Shown piece by piece: positions 1 to 15,263 of a stretch of DNA of 64,000 bases; within the stretch, counting starts at the first letter, position 1, and each line of letters starts with the position of its first letter. The notes under the pieces are model-generated. The model was not told the origin of the DNA, did not search any database, and saw only the letters and a program-made list of their open reading frames with translations. Both the position numbers and the translations under genes were made by a program. This stretch comes from the human T2T-CHM13v2.0 reference genome, Homo sapiens. The stretch lies in assembly GCF_009914755.1 (NCBI RefSeq), contig NC_060930.1, one strand, 5' to 3'.

Positions 1-702
1 GTGTTCCATATACCATTCTGCTAAACATATTTAAGGTCTATCTTGAACTGTTCTCTTGCATTTATGCGGCTGAATTGATTTGAACATGAGCATTTTGGAT
101 GGAAAGGTTGTTTTTTGCACTTTAGCTTGAGCTAGTCTCAGATATTTTGGCTGTCATCTAAGATTTTTCACTACCACCCTTTAAAAATTATTTTGAAAAT
201 AAATTTTGCTCTTTGTTATTAATCAACTTGTTAATCACACAGAGTACATTTTTGTGTCTTAAGCAGTAAACAGACCGTAGGTAACAAGACCATATTAAAT
301 TGACTATTTTAATTCATATCAATTGAATAATGAATTGAGTTAACCTACAACCTGACTGTCAATGTCTTTCTATCAACATACCTGTGTTAAACAATTCAAA
401 AAGTGGGTGATAGCTAAGATCTACTCAGTATAGAAAATACTCTGTTGAGAAAAAATGTATGGATGTTTGGAACATCCAGATTGTGACAACCTCTCTTTAC
501 CCTACTTTTGGAATAAAAGCCTGAGAGCACTAGACTTTCTATACTCTTACAATATAATCAAATACATCTGCAATGAAGAAATAATATGAAGAAGTCTCCC
601 TTTTAAAAGTGGTGACAGCAATTTGGCCATGATATTTAGAGCTATGTAAAAAATAGATTATAGTGGTTGTCAGGTCAATAGCAGATAGGTAAATGGATTT
701 AA

Positions 703-731
703 ACACACACATACACACACACACACACACA
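703..731. repeat. (CA)n microsatellite, interrupted once
   Basis: acacacacatacacacacacacacacaca. Confidence 0.95.
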
Positions 732-754
732 ACTTATTTGTTGTGAAGTCTGAT

Positions 755-850
755 ATTCAAATCAATACAATATTTATTGAGCCCGTATTTTGTATCTGTC
801 ACACTGAGCTTGACACCGCAGAGAATCAGAAATGAATTCAATAGACTGTT
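755..850 (-). mobile_element. L2 3'-end fragment
   Basis: caatatttattgagcccgtattttgtatctgtcac resembles the reverse-complemented L2 tail (aaatatttattgagcacctactatgtgccaggcac). Confidence 0.6.
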
Positions 851-3800
851 TTGAAATGTCAGTTTAAACTTGTGTTTAAACACGATATTGTCAATCTATT
901 TCATTAAGAATGTATTAGCGTTGTTCATCTACTCTTGTTTCGAGATGATATAAAATTTATTTATTTTTACATGTAAAAATGCAAAAACAACTGGTATACT
1001 TTATATAAAGTTGTTTATTAACATTGTATTTTTAACAAAGTTCTGCAGTTTTGAAATGTTCGGTCCCCCCAGGTGTCAAGGAAACGGAAATAAATATTTT
1101 TAACATTTTCAGGTGTATCTCACTGAAACCTTAAAATAGTTAGGGCATACTATTAGAGGATCCCAGACCCTTTCTATCCTAGATAATTCTAGTGACAAAG
1201 AAGTAATTTGCAAATTCAGCTCATTAGCTGATGGTCAGGTAACGGTGGAGAGAGCGTGTCAACCATGCATCCAGTAGCACCCTTTTAGTTAGGGGTCTGT
1301 CAGCATTTCCACTGTGAAGCCTGGTGTTCAGGGTTCGTAACTTAGTTGCCTTAAATAGCTTCAAGCTGAAACACTATGCAGAAATTTTAAGTCCAGATGT
1401 ATATTTTAAAACTAAAAGTAGTTCAAGTCTATTCTGCTGTTTTAAGTTAGAGAACACTGGACTACATATATTTATCAGTATCATATGTTTTTCTGGCAGT
1501 GTTAAAGAAAGAAAACACATTTTTAGATATATAAGCTAGCACTCATAGTTAATTCTGTATATTTAATAATACCTTTCAGTGCTTGTCAAAAGGAGGGGTT
1601 TCAAAATGACAGAGCAATTTCTGTTTGAAAATAAATTTTTGGCATCACTAGCCATTTTTCTCTCTTCGAAAACAAATATACAACTGGTAAATACTTGATA
1701 CCAGTGAGTAGTATTTTTCTTACATAGTTAATGATCAGATTTTATGTTTATATTTTTTGAATCTCATTGTATCTAAACTAGGGAAAATAGGTTGTTAAGC
1801 CTGTTAAATCCTTATTAACCGTAATATAAATTATTATGCAAAATTATGTAAATCAATAGATTTCAAGTTGTGTGAAGACAGACACATTTTTGTGTTATGC
1901 CTTTGAATTCAAGAAAACTTATTTAAAGTTAAATATTTTGGGACTGAATATATAAAACTTCTAAGTAAGGAAGTTGGAACAAAGAATTTCAGGTGGAAAA
2001 TAAATACTTATAAAATTTTTTAGAAAACTTCTATTAAATATTTGAAAATAGGTATGGTAGATATCTTTCATTATTTTTTCCTCTTTGGCATTATTGTTTG
2101 TATCCTTTCAAAATTCCAGAATATCTATTGTTAGATGATCTAAACCACCATGATACATGGCCCACAAATTGCTGCTTTACATTGAAATAATTTTTATCAA
2201 AATTTATCTTTGACATATATATTTTTAAAATTATGAAATGACATATTGTGTTTTTTCTCTAAAATTCAATGGGCTTTTCCTAAGTTCTAGGATAAATTCA
2301 AAATATTAACTGTAGTATTTGTTGAAATGTTTTGATACTGTATTTGAAGTTATCTTTAAGTAATTGTGATAGGAATAACATTTTTGCTTTTTGCAATTAG
2401 TCTCACTTCTCTTTTTATTGCAAAGAAAGATTTGATCAGATTTTATCTTGAAAAATAATTATATTTCAATTATACCGCAAGTACAATATCCTGAATTATT
2501 TTAGCCTATAAGAGTAATTGATTAGTTAAGACTAGACTTCTGTCCATGGAAATGTCATAGGCAATTTTAATTTCCATATAAAAAGATGAGAAACTGTTTT
2601 AAGGGTTTGAGTTAATTCTCCATTCCTCTTCTTTTAGTGATTCACAGATTTAGTCATAAGGAGTCTCATACAAAATTTCAATAGCATTACTACAGTTAAA
2701 TATCCTTCTACTTTATTTTGTGCAAGCCACATATCATGTGATTTAAATGCTAGTTATGGTGAGGTGCGCTAAATAAAGGAACGTCTTTCTCTATTCTGAA
2801 ATGTCAGGACAGAAAATTACTTCTCCTTTTCTCATGGAGTTTCTTGAATTTGTAGATTTTATATTTTAAAAACACCTAGAAATGTAATTGTTAAGATCAT
2901 CACAAATTATTCTTTGCAGAGCAGTACTTTTGTATTGGGTAGGATGGAAGCAAATTTTAATTTGTGCTTATTCCTAACTAGTTAAAGAGCGAGTTTTGAC
3001 TGCACTTTACCCCTTCAAATGTTTTTCCATTGCTTGGTTTTGGTACAGATGAAATGTGTAAAAATTTCTTGATTCTTTTGGTTTTCTTTTAGATAAACAC
3101 AGTTGAGAATCTCCAAGGGAAACTTTTTAGCTTCAGAGATCTACTTAAAGAAAAAACCTCTCAAACATATAATTATACTTCTGATTGATATAAAGTCAAA
3201 TACAGTACTTCCCCCAACTCCCAACCTTTTCTCCCCCTCAGAAAAACATCGGGCAATCTGATTTGGTAGAGTGAATAGCAGAAAAAAAACCAATATATTT
3301 AGCCATTAAACTAGAGTTCAGCTTTAACAGGAAAGATTGTCACTACCTTGCATTAGCATTTTTTTTCAGGTCTTGCTCTCAGCCTCATAGAAGGCTCACA
3401 CAACTTGTGATTATTTATTTGTTTTGTAAAATGTGATACGTAAAACACACTAATATTGAATATGGTCATTATTATACTGCTTAAGCACAGTAAAATGGAT
3501 GTATGTATTTCACTCTTAGGGATCTTTTCTTTCATATTTTCCCATATTGAATCAATTTTCCATTTCTTCTAACTAAAAAAAAATTCATTATGTTAAAAAT
3601 ATGCAGTAAAATAATAATGTCCCAGAGCTCTTGAAAACCTTTATATTGGGGCAGATTGCTTTTTTTTTTTTTTTTCGGAAATGTAGCCAGACTTGAGTGA
3701 AATCCACCAGCAGTCATCCTGTATCTCTCAACAACATCAAAGAACATCTCAGAACATGAAGTGAGGAAGTACGTACTCAGTTGAACCCTTTAAGAATGCT

Positions 3801-4618
3801 TATAAGTAAAAGCCTATGTTTAACAGACAGCAGATTTGGAACAGAACACTGTGTTACCCTCCTCATCTTACAAAAAGCACATCATTATAATTACACTCTA
3901 TACTTATATAGTATCTTCTACATTTTGCAGACTTTCCAATTCATATTGGAAAACTGTGGTTCCTGGAGATGAAGTTATTTTGTGTGAGGTCATAGCAGAT
4001 ATGTAGCAGAAGTGGGGAAAAAGTGGAGCCTCTTGATTTTGGTATATTCATTCTCTTCTAAACAGTACAACTTTTCTCCTGCCTTTATTAATATGCTTAC
4101 TGGGTCCATATTTACTTTGACATAGAAAGCCACGCAGCAGGTGTTAAAATACAATATGCTGAGTGTACAAAATGTCAAACATTCAGATGAATCCTGGCGA
4201 ATGTAGTCAATTATTGCAGTATTTTCAAATGTTCACATTTTTGGCATGGTGAATTTGAAAAATTGAAAAGCACATTGCCTCCATCAGGAGTACAGCATTA
4301 CCTGTATTCAGTAGCCGCTTGAGATATGAGATGACGTGTACAGAGAGGAAGTCTTATTTTCAAGGGATTTTACTTTTGATCCAGGAGACTTCTCATATTG
4401 AGAATAACTATATTCTCCAGGGAAAGGGAGGCAGCATGGTTCCGTCTCCTCTGAGATGAAAACAATGTCAGAAAACAAGCTGGGGGCAAGGGCACATTGC
4501 TGTTAGCAAGGGGTGCTGACTCAACATTAACTGGCCCTCTCAGAGTTTTAGTGGGTAGCCCCACAGACTTCTGTCTCTGCGAAGTGGGGCTCTTTATGGA
4601 GCTCTTTCATTTATTTCA

Positions 4619-5032
<414 letters not shown>

Positions 5033-6682
5033 TCATATAATCTGGACTCCTAGGAGTGAGTCCCTCAGCTTTGGCCTGGTATATTTAAAGTAGTCATAGA
5101 CCATTAATATTAACATATGTACGTTGAAATGAGGATCACTTGAGTACATTGGGAGGCTGGGGAAAGTGGGGCCTGTAATTTAAGGAAGGCTTTATTGATT
5201 TTGAACTGAATAACACAGTACTAAATGGAAGGAATGGAACTGAGAAACAGCCTAAGAGAAAAGTAAGGGTGACAAAAATATTGACAAGTTTTTTGTTTGA
5301 TTGTTTTCCTGGCTGGAGGAGAGGACATAGTGAAGGCGTGTTGCAGTAGGGTTCATGGATGGGGGAAATTCAGCCCTAAAATATAGGTATAGTGTGTATT
5401 ATCACACTGTTAAGAAATCTACTGTAATATGCCAATTGTATTGGGAACATGGAATTAAATGCTTAGGTTTGTCTTATGGAAATCTTGACAAAGGAGGGAG
5501 TAGCACTAGAAGGAGAAAAAGATAAGTGGGAGGTTCACCAGACAGGCAAGCACACAGGGGTATTATTGTCAGACAGCTGTGGGCTACTTGAGCTGCGGTC
5601 ATTGCTGAGTTACCATGAGGGCATCTGGAAGCTGAATGAGGAAGACATGGAAATAATCTGAATATAGAGTCCTGGAAGTTCGTTGAGAGAAGGGATTGTT
5701 ACCAAGGGGCAGGATCTTGGCAATGGATTAGGAGGAGTGTTTCATATATGACAGTGAAGGATCTGCACCAGCATCTCCTTACTGGGCTCTGTGTTAATCA
5801 AAGGCACACATTTGCATGTTAGCTGACTCAGGTTAAAGTGTTATCTCTAGTCTTAGAGCAGAGAAAATGTTTGTTTGTTCCAAAGATGGATTAATCTAGA
5901 TCTTTTCTTGATTGAGTTAATTTGCTTCAGATTAACTGTTGAAGATTAAGCAGTCAAGTATGTCATTCCAGGATGGCAGATGGGACACAAGACATAATAG
6001 AACTGAGGCTAAGGGTATATATTGTTTTTTTCTTATTTATGATCAATTATTTTCACCTTCAGTTTCTTGATGACTTTGGATATCACACTGGGTCCCACCG
6101 CAGTGTGGTTTTCAGTAAATATACTTTATTAAAAGCTGAAGTGCTAGCCCAAAGTAAGGAGATAAAACAGACTACACGATATCTAGGCTCTATGTAGTGA
6201 GGAGCCCCAGGGTTTCACTTAAAAATCTTCTCCCATAAAGTTGACCAGACTTGATATTTTTTAGCCTGTGATGGGATAAGACCACACCTCAGGGCTCTCC
6301 CTGAGAGAAAGCCTGCAGACAGGTGGTGCCTTGATCTGTATGATGCAATCTGCAGATGGGGCATCCCTCTTCCTTCTGTGGCATAATTCCTACGGACAGC
6401 TTAACATGGGGATTTAATAAAAATGTACATATTTTCTGTGAAGAATCCAACAACAAATGAAAGAAGTTTTTGCCTGCCTTTGAAATGGGTGGACCCTGAA
6501 ACATTGGTCTGTTTGAAGTGGCATCACAACCCATACACAGATGCTTCATTCCTGTCGGCCATTACTGGACTGGACTAGAACACTAAGTCCTGATAAGACA
6601 CATCATTTGCAATGAGAATATATTCTGTTTGTAAGCCTTTCTGATGTGCCATTATTGCTGCTGTGTTTCCTGTTTTATGTAG

Positions 6683-6901
<219 letters not shown>

Positions 6902-9900
6902 TAGACTAGTCTGTATACAAATCAGCACCTTCTTTTTCTGAATAGAATTACTGAAGATTTGATTTAAATACATCCAGATGAAGTTGAGTGTTTTTCTGAG
7001 TACTCAGGCCTTTTTCATTTATTTTATGATATTGAAAATTCAAACAATGTTTTCAGAAAAACTAGCTCCTAATTTCACTGGGTGTGAGCATATAAGGTAG
7101 AGAAAAGAACAGTTGGAGGATCAACTTCTGAATTATGAGGAGTCAAATAACTGAGTAAATTGAGTGGTAAAGGGGAAAGAAAAATGGATATGTTGGATCA
7201 ATTTCCTGGTAATATCAATTTTGGTCTAAGTTGTAGCAAGGACAGCTGGCATAATGCTCTTCACTTATCACAGGTTACCTCTATATGATTTAATTTACTC
7301 TCATAGTAAGAATTTATTAAAAACCATGGTTTTTTTTTAACATAAGGCTTTTCATTTGAATAAGTGAATAATGTATTACTTATGTTAGAGTGACTATGTA
7401 AGGTTGCCTAGACAGATGAATGATTAGTACTCTAATATTAATAGTTCCATACTATGTAAGGATTCCCATCATCTGAATCCATATTCAAAAATTAGAGATC
7501 CTTAAATAGAAAATTATCCCTTTTAGGGTTTTTGTAACTGTTTGATAAATGAGGTTAATGTTTTTTAAAAAAGTCTTTAAGGAGGCCAATATTTTGGCTT
7601 TTATTTACTTATTCTACAGAAAGACTTTTACTAGTTACTCACTATTAGAAGCATTATGCTTATTTATTTACTTAACTGAATCTAATATTTCCATTTTAAG
7701 TATTTTGATAAGAAGAAAGAAAATAGACCACTTTAGAACTGAGGTGAAATAAAGCCTTATGGAATCATTGCAACCCAGGTTTGAATAGGAAATGAGGAGC
7801 ACCACTTTTTAAACCATGTCTAATAATTGCTCTTTAGTTTGGATCAGATGTCAAATTATTACCATTGTAAAAACTTGATAAGGGAAATTCAAGCAAGGCT
7901 GTTTCCGATGAGTAGTGTTAGTTTACTTTCTAGGAACAGGGCCAAGAAGTTGTACTTTTTAACTTAAAAAAAATGATTCATGCTAATGAGATACTGTCAC
8001 TGACATGTTGTTTGAAATAAAATGAGGCTCACAGCCTCCGGTAGAATCAAAACTAAGGGAGTTATCTCTGCATCAGGTTTAGTTAACTTTCATAAAAAGA
8101 AGAAAAAAAGACACATCCTATATCACTATTGACTGATTAGGTTTGGAGTATGTGTGTGTGTGTATTCATTCTTCCTTTTTCTCATTTACTTATGCAGGTC
8201 CACTATGCAATTAAAGTTTTCCTTTTTTTCTAGTTAGAATCAAGAAAAATGTGAACATGATGATTTACCTGTATGCTCTGAATTGCATCTTTCTTCTTAT
8301 GTAATAATACTTTTTTTTTTAACTAGAGTAATGAATTTTAGTTTTTAAAGGATTGGGTGCCATGCTTAATTTTACATTACAGATTCAAACTAGTGTTTTC
8401 ATTTATCTTACTTTTGTATTATATAGATGCTGCATAACTTTTTTCTGATCAATTTAAGTAGAAAGTATGGCAAAGTGATAGTGTACTTTGTAAACCCTCA
8501 ACATATTTATTTAAGAAACTTCAAAGAGAAACAAAGGGTGTGCACTGTTTTACTATATTGGCTTTCTGAGTTTTGGCTGGTTTCCCAAATAGCAATTTTT
8601 ATATTTAAAAAAAAAGACAGACTTAACTGCTTGCAGACTTTTCACGCATGGAAGATGAAGAAAGCTTCTTTTGATGAAGTGTAATTATGTCCAAACAGAG
8701 CTGACCCCCTCCCCCTATATTTCTTATGATCTTAACTGAAGAAAGTAGGATTTTTCCTTTGAAGCAGCCGGGACTTGGTGGAGGATCTGAAATGCTACAG
8801 TCTGCTGCCAGAGGCAGGATGGAGAAATTGGTCCAGACTTGTCTTCAAGACTTAGATGGGGGGTAGGGGGAGTGGGTGGAGAGAGAAAGAAAAATTGATT
8901 TATCACTAATAATATATTTTTATATCACTGCATTAACATTGTATGAAAGGAAACAGTAATATCAAGCTGAGATGAAGAGGAAAAAAGGACAGAGAACACT
9001 GATAACAGATCACACTCTGAAAAAAAAATGGGTCAGTTTTTCAGTGGCAGGAAACCCTTTAACCTGCCTTTGTACCCTTTGTACCTGACCTGCTTTATAA
9101 CAGACTCTTCCAGCTTCCTCTTTGATTTTCACACTTCTACATTTCTCTTAAGCTATTAAGTCTGGATCAACATGCTGCTACCATTGTATTTTCTTTCCCG
9201 GCTTTAAATATTTCTATTTTCAGTAGTGTTATAAAAAAACACCAAGTTCCTCAAATATTGCACTTTTTTTTTTCTTTCCACTGGTAGAAACATAAACTCT
9301 CAGAAACTGAAAAACAATCTTAGATTATAAAGGAGTCATGTCACTACTGACTTTGACTTTATGGGTCATCTTATGACCACAACTTTTGAAAGTGCTAGAA
9401 TAAAAGTAGAGCATCAGTGGAACTTGCATTAAGTTAGGAGAGGCTTAAGGTTTTTCATGGTTTTTCCTTTTTTTTATCCTTAATCTTTTAAAGAGAAGTG
9501 TTTAAAATGATTTTGGTCCTTAAATTCTTTTTTGGTATGCTTTCTTTTTCCTGATGAAGCCATGGATGACACAATTAGTTATCTACTGACTGCTAGCTCC
9601 CTATTTGAGAGCCTACATTTTAAAATAACAGGCTGTATTTTATCACTTATGGAAAGTGATAAAAAGGGGATTTTTGAGAAAAAATTAATTTAAGGAAATC
9701 ATGAATGCCCACATAAACATTTGACTTAAGAGGTGCATTATTATTATAGGATGAAGAACCAATTACTAAATTGGTTGGTAATTTCTGAAAATTTCTTCAA
9801 CATTGCATACATATTTCTTCTGAAGGGGCAATAAGAAGCAGAAGGAGCCTCATTCACTTTTGCTGTAGTTGTTAATTACATCTTGATCCTTAGGGTCTGA

Positions 9901-10172
9901 TTTTGGCAGATCATAGTTATACTTAACTACTTGTTTCCTCCCCCAAACCCATCTCTTTTTAAAAGCAGTTTTTTATAGAGAACTCATTCTACTCTGAAAA
10001 TTTAAATGCTTTATACTTGAAGGGTGAATTTTATTTTTGGCTTTTGTTCCTACATGAGGCGTCACCCTGAATTTAGGGGAAGCATAGATGACTTTTAATA
10101 TCCTAAGTAAGTTGTAAAGGTCTCAAGTAGAACTGTTACCAAAACTGGTTTAAATAAATTTATGGACAATCT

Positions 10173-10476
10173 ATTTTATCTTTTTTTCTTTTTTGAGATG
10201 GAGTCTCACTCTGCCACCCAGGCTGGAGTGCGGTGGCACCATCTCGGCTCACTATAACCTCCGCCTCCTGAGTTCAAGTGATTCTTGTGCCTCAGCCTCT
10301 TGAGTAGCTGGGATTACAGGCGTGCGTCACCACGCCCAGCTAATTTTTATATTTTTAGTAGAGACAGGGTTTCACCAGGTTGGCCAGGCTAGTCTTGAAC
10401 TCCTGACCTCAGGCGATCTGCCCTCCTCCACCTCCCAAAGTGTTGGGATTACAGGCGTGAGCCACCGCGCCCAGCC
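10173..10476 (-). mobile_element. Full-length AluS
   Basis: T-tract, then gagatggagtctcactctg ... gccaccgcgcccagcc. TSD gacaatct at 10165-10172 and 10477-10484. Confidence 0.97.
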
Positions 10477-11129
10477 GACAATCTTTCTACCAGGTTATTT
10501 AGAGACATTAAGGATAACTGAGATCTGTATATATCCTTGATTTATTAAGATGAGTGCCATAGATGAAAACTGACTCTGAAACACAGCCATGGGAGCCACT
10601 GTTAGAAAGGCAATCCTGGGCCCATAGACCACTAATCTGACCCCAAAATGGCACTTTAAAATGTTTTAGTGTAAATTAACTTTCAATCTAGAGATTCAGC
10701 TCTTTTACTTTTTGCGATCTTTCCATTGTTTTGAGGTTCTAACTTGGACCCAGTGGCTTCCTATTCAAGTTTCTGGTTTCTAATTCTGTAGGCTTTTAGT
10801 TTTCTGTAACTAGTTTAGACTCCTGGCTGGTTTATTCTTCTGGTTAGTCTTAACGCTTATAATAAAGCCTCTCTTTGCTAACCAATTATAAATTATTTAA
10901 ATCCGTGTAATAGCCAATATAGTGGATAAAATATATCAATGACACTTTAAAAATAGATGCTTTCATCATCCTGAGATATTGCATTAGTCCATTTATGTTT
11001 ACTGTTTCTTGGGCACATAGAGCTGATTGGGACGCATCTAGAAATAAATTACTTATTAATTTTTTTAAATGGCAAGTGATCAAGCCACTTAAGGAAGTGG
11101 CCAAGTGACAGAATATTTAAAAAAAAAAG

Positions 11130-11330
11130 AGCATTAATTTTAGGGTCTGAAAAATGAGGTTCAGATCTTCATTTTTTCATTTATTAGTTGTATGAACTTG
11201 GGTAAATTACTAAGTCTCTTGAGGCTTCAGCCTCCTTATTTGTGCAATGGGGGTGAGAGATCTAAGCGGGGAGGATTAATTGAGATAATGTGTATGAAGT
11301 GGCACTTAATACGTTTCTAATTGTTATTCA
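11130..11330 (+). mobile_element. MIR
   Basis: Core-like tgaacttgggtaaattactaagtctcttgaggcttcagcctccttatttgtgcaatgggg, then gaggattaattgagataatg. Confidence 0.8.
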
Positions 11331-12710
11331 CCTTTCCCTATTCAAACTGCACCCACCCCATTCCTGTCTTTTCTTTCCTGTTTTTTTCCCCTTGGCTATA
11401 GAAAAGTATAGCCAAGGAGACTTAAAACTATTTATACTCAGTAACAAATGATGTGCGTCTTAAACAGATTTTAGGAACTTACATGGTCTAGGTTGAAAAG
11501 AAAACCCATTCACTAGACTTGACAGCCAAAGACCTGTTCTCCATTAAGCCTTGTATATAACCTGTTCCATATTAAGCTTTGAAAAGACTGCATTAAACTT
11601 TGCATTGGTACATATTGTCAAAGATTTGTGTTTTGGTTTAATACTCTCAGTTTTCAGTAAGGGAAAAAGAATCTCTGACCAAAAAACAAAGCAAAACAAA
11701 ATGAGCTTTTTAAAGGTCTGTTACAGGAGCAGACTGAATGAGTACTCTGGCCTGAGATTGCTGAATGTTTTATTGAGTCACTGTTTCACGCCCACCTCTT
11801 CCTGTCTTGTAACAGTTTGCAGTTTTGACTATCTGACATGATTAACCGTTGCAAATCTAACTGATTACAACTGTTAGTAAGTCTGTGCAACAGAGAATGG
11901 TATCTTCTTCTGGAGAAAACAGACATCCAAATATGCTACCAAACTTTTCCCTGTCTCTTTTCCCCTTCTTATTCGTCGCTTTTAGCTCATTAATTTGAAG
12001 CATCAGATGTAATATTTCAATGAAGCACACCTTCTGCTAAAAGCAAAATTTGAGTTTATACTGAGAGATGTCATGTTCATTTAGCAAAAAGTAAGTCGCT
12101 GTCAGGGGGTTATTTCAAGATTTAACAGCAAGGATGTATGTTAGGGGAGGGGTGGACAGGGAGGAGAAAAACTTTGTTCCAGTAATGATGAAATCATCAT
12201 ACCACAGGCACATTACGGCCAGGACAGGAGACACTGGCTCCTGTTAAAATGATTCCCATAAGAACTTTCCTCTTTTATCTTCTTATTGTAGTGCAGCTAA
12301 GCAAATGAAATGCTAAAGCTATGTGAAGTAAATAACATAATCAACAATGATTTACTATTGTTCTCTCGTGAGGTCATGACCCAACCCTAAATAAAGACTT
12401 CTAAAATTGTCTGTGCTTGGATGTGTTCCTGATGTTGGAGAAAACTGAAAGAAAAAGAACCTTCCTCAAGTGGACCAGGGTTTTGTTTTCATTACAACTG
12501 TTGCTACTGAGGAGCTTTTTTGGAATTGGAGTCTTCCTGTGTAGCACTACAATGAGGACGATGATCTTGACTCTAAGCAAATTTGGAAATGTCCTAAAGT
12601 GGTCATCGGAGGGTTTCCAATTTAGAAGAAGGAGTCCTGCCTCTTGTCTTTGTTTCATTGCCTCCTTAGAGATGCTTAAATGCAATTTGGAAATCTATGC
12701 TGCTGTGTAA

Positions 12711-12890
<180 letters not shown>

Positions 12891-14473
12891 TGAAGAAAGT
12901 AATAGAGTTTCCAGAGACCCTATGAGGAATTTATTCCAAATGAGTTAGTGTCACTTTCATGTCCATAGTGTCTTTGTGGACTTTGCTATCTGCATATATT
13001 TTTTTTAGTGAGGGAGAGTTAGTCAAACTTCAGAGTTAGTAGAAAATAAAACTACGGTTTTAACCTTTGCCACACAATCACTAAGGCCTCCGTAGCTTTG
13101 GGAAATGAGTGAATAATTATTCAGTCACTGTTAACTATTTGCTAAGAAATTTTGCTCATGTACTGAACATAATGGGGCAGAATAGACCCATGAGAGCTGA
13201 GGAAGAAAAGAGCAAACTTAAAAATCTTGAGCTTAGTCAAAAAGCACTGGCATGTGTTTCCCATGGCCTAAGAATGTGTTTTAGCTTTTTAACTCGCCCA
13301 CTCAATTCCCTTTATGAAGAGCACACTGCTTAATTACAAAGAATTTATTTGCAAATGATAACTTGCTTGATTGTTACAACACTGTTGTTTGGTCATGCTC
13401 TAGTAATTGTTATAGGTAGTTTTCTTTTAACAGATAGAGTCAAACCACGTTTAAATCCATCTTGGTTTATTTGTCTGTCTGGACATCCAGAAGGTTTCAC
13501 CGGCAATCAGTTTCAGGTAGCGCACATAATCTACTTGGGCCAATATGTATGTTCCTTCTAAATCTAAAATGACCGAGGTTTGCTTCCCCCACCCCCACCA
13601 AAAAACTGCTTTGAACAAACTCAGCATAGCGGTATTTGAATATATTTAGAGATTAAAGATTATTTGATATATAAACCATTAACAATTGTGTGCCAATGGA
13701 AACATCATATAGAACTCTGCCTTTGCTGAGTGAATACATTGGAATCCTAACCACTGCATTTAGGGAGGTCAGTTTGGTTTGTGGTGGAGGCATAGCTGGC
13801 AGAAGTACTTGTTCTATAACAATCAACCTGCATAGACCATGAGAGTGGCATATCTTTTCTTCCCCTAAAATGAGAGAAAAGGTCTCATAAAGTTTTGCCT
13901 CTACCCAAGCAGCATACCTTCCTAGCAGTGGGAGCATATGGTGGGTCCCGTCCCTTTTGCTGCTGTCTCTTTTCACAAAGGCTGACTGCTTGCCTGAACT
14001 AGGGAGGTTTCCTGCCTCAAAAGCAAGTCTTTGAGGTTTTTGTTTTCTTCTCCTTTCATGTGTGTGGCATTCTTCCAGGTTCATAATGTTGAGTCAGTGC
14101 TGGCCCTGTCTGTTCAGTTTGGGAATGTCCTGTTAGGTGATTGCTGTACACATGTGTGTAAGCACCAAGTCTCTAGTCCTAAGGGCTAGTGGTTATGGAG
14201 TGCAGGTGAATAGAACAGAGCTTTGCCTGGTTTGGGGCTTTGCCTGCCTTTTCTGGATAGCCATAAGTTGGGGATGATGCCTTATGATGGAAGATGTCTT
14301 CTAACTTTTGGTCAGACTAGCCCCGGAATTCCTGAAAAGGCAGGACGTCCATTTTAGTAATGCACATAGCAGGATAGTTGGTTTTTAAAATGTAGCACCG
14401 CTAATACTTATCTCTTAAAGATATTTCCTGCTGATCTCAGCTGCTTTTCTCAGTTCTTGGAAAAACCATTTGC

Positions 14474-14480
14474 GTGTGTT

Positions 14481-14511
<31 letters not shown>

Positions 14512-14538
14512 GTGTATGTTTGTGTGTGTATATGTGTA
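14474..14538. repeat. Imperfect (TG)n microsatellite
   Basis: Direct reading. Confidence 0.95.
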
Positions 14539-15263
14539 CATACACACAAGAGTTGATGCTCAAAAGTTGATGGCTGGGAGAGGAAAGAGGGAAGGATAGG
14601 TGCTCCCTGTTCTGAACGATATGACAATAAGTGAGAAGGCAGGGTAGCTTTGGAAAAGTCACTTCTGTTTCAAGTGTGCATAGCAGTACCTTATTTCAGA
14701 GAGGTTTTTGTCCAAATTAGTCAATAGACTAATTTGTAAAGGCAGAGAATTGCCTTGTAAAGGCAGAGAAGTGCTCTGAAAGCAGTGAGAGTTAGGAGTA
14801 GAGGGGCCAGGTGGTATACGTGGGACCTGAGTTCAAGCTTTGTGTGGTGCCCAGGGTGGGCGGTGGAAGCAGATACAGATCTGCAAGTGGTAGGCCACCT
14901 GCCCTAGATAAGCCTGAGTAACATTTCTTATTAACTGAAAATATCGGTGAAAATGCGGGGTCATTTTCCTGACATCATAGGGTGACTTGACGAAGTCAGT
15001 GTCTGGAGAGAAGCATGGGTCTGCTTTGAGCGACAGCTGAATCCTATAACCTGGATTCTGTGCTGGATTATTTTTTTCCTCCCTGTTCTTGGCCATCCTG
15101 GGCATTGAATATTTGTAGCATAGCCCTCTTCTCAATATGGTTCTTTAATTTTGACACTCCCAGGTGTGGGAAATGCACAATATTTCCAATTTTCTTAAAC
15201 AGTGAGTATAATAGGAGTTTGATTAGTTGGTGCATATAATGTTAAATGGGAGATCCTCTAGAA

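Noticed and set aside
8858-8880. G-rich tracts here and at 20641-20658 as G-quadruplexes
   Set aside because: Only three separate G3+ runs each.
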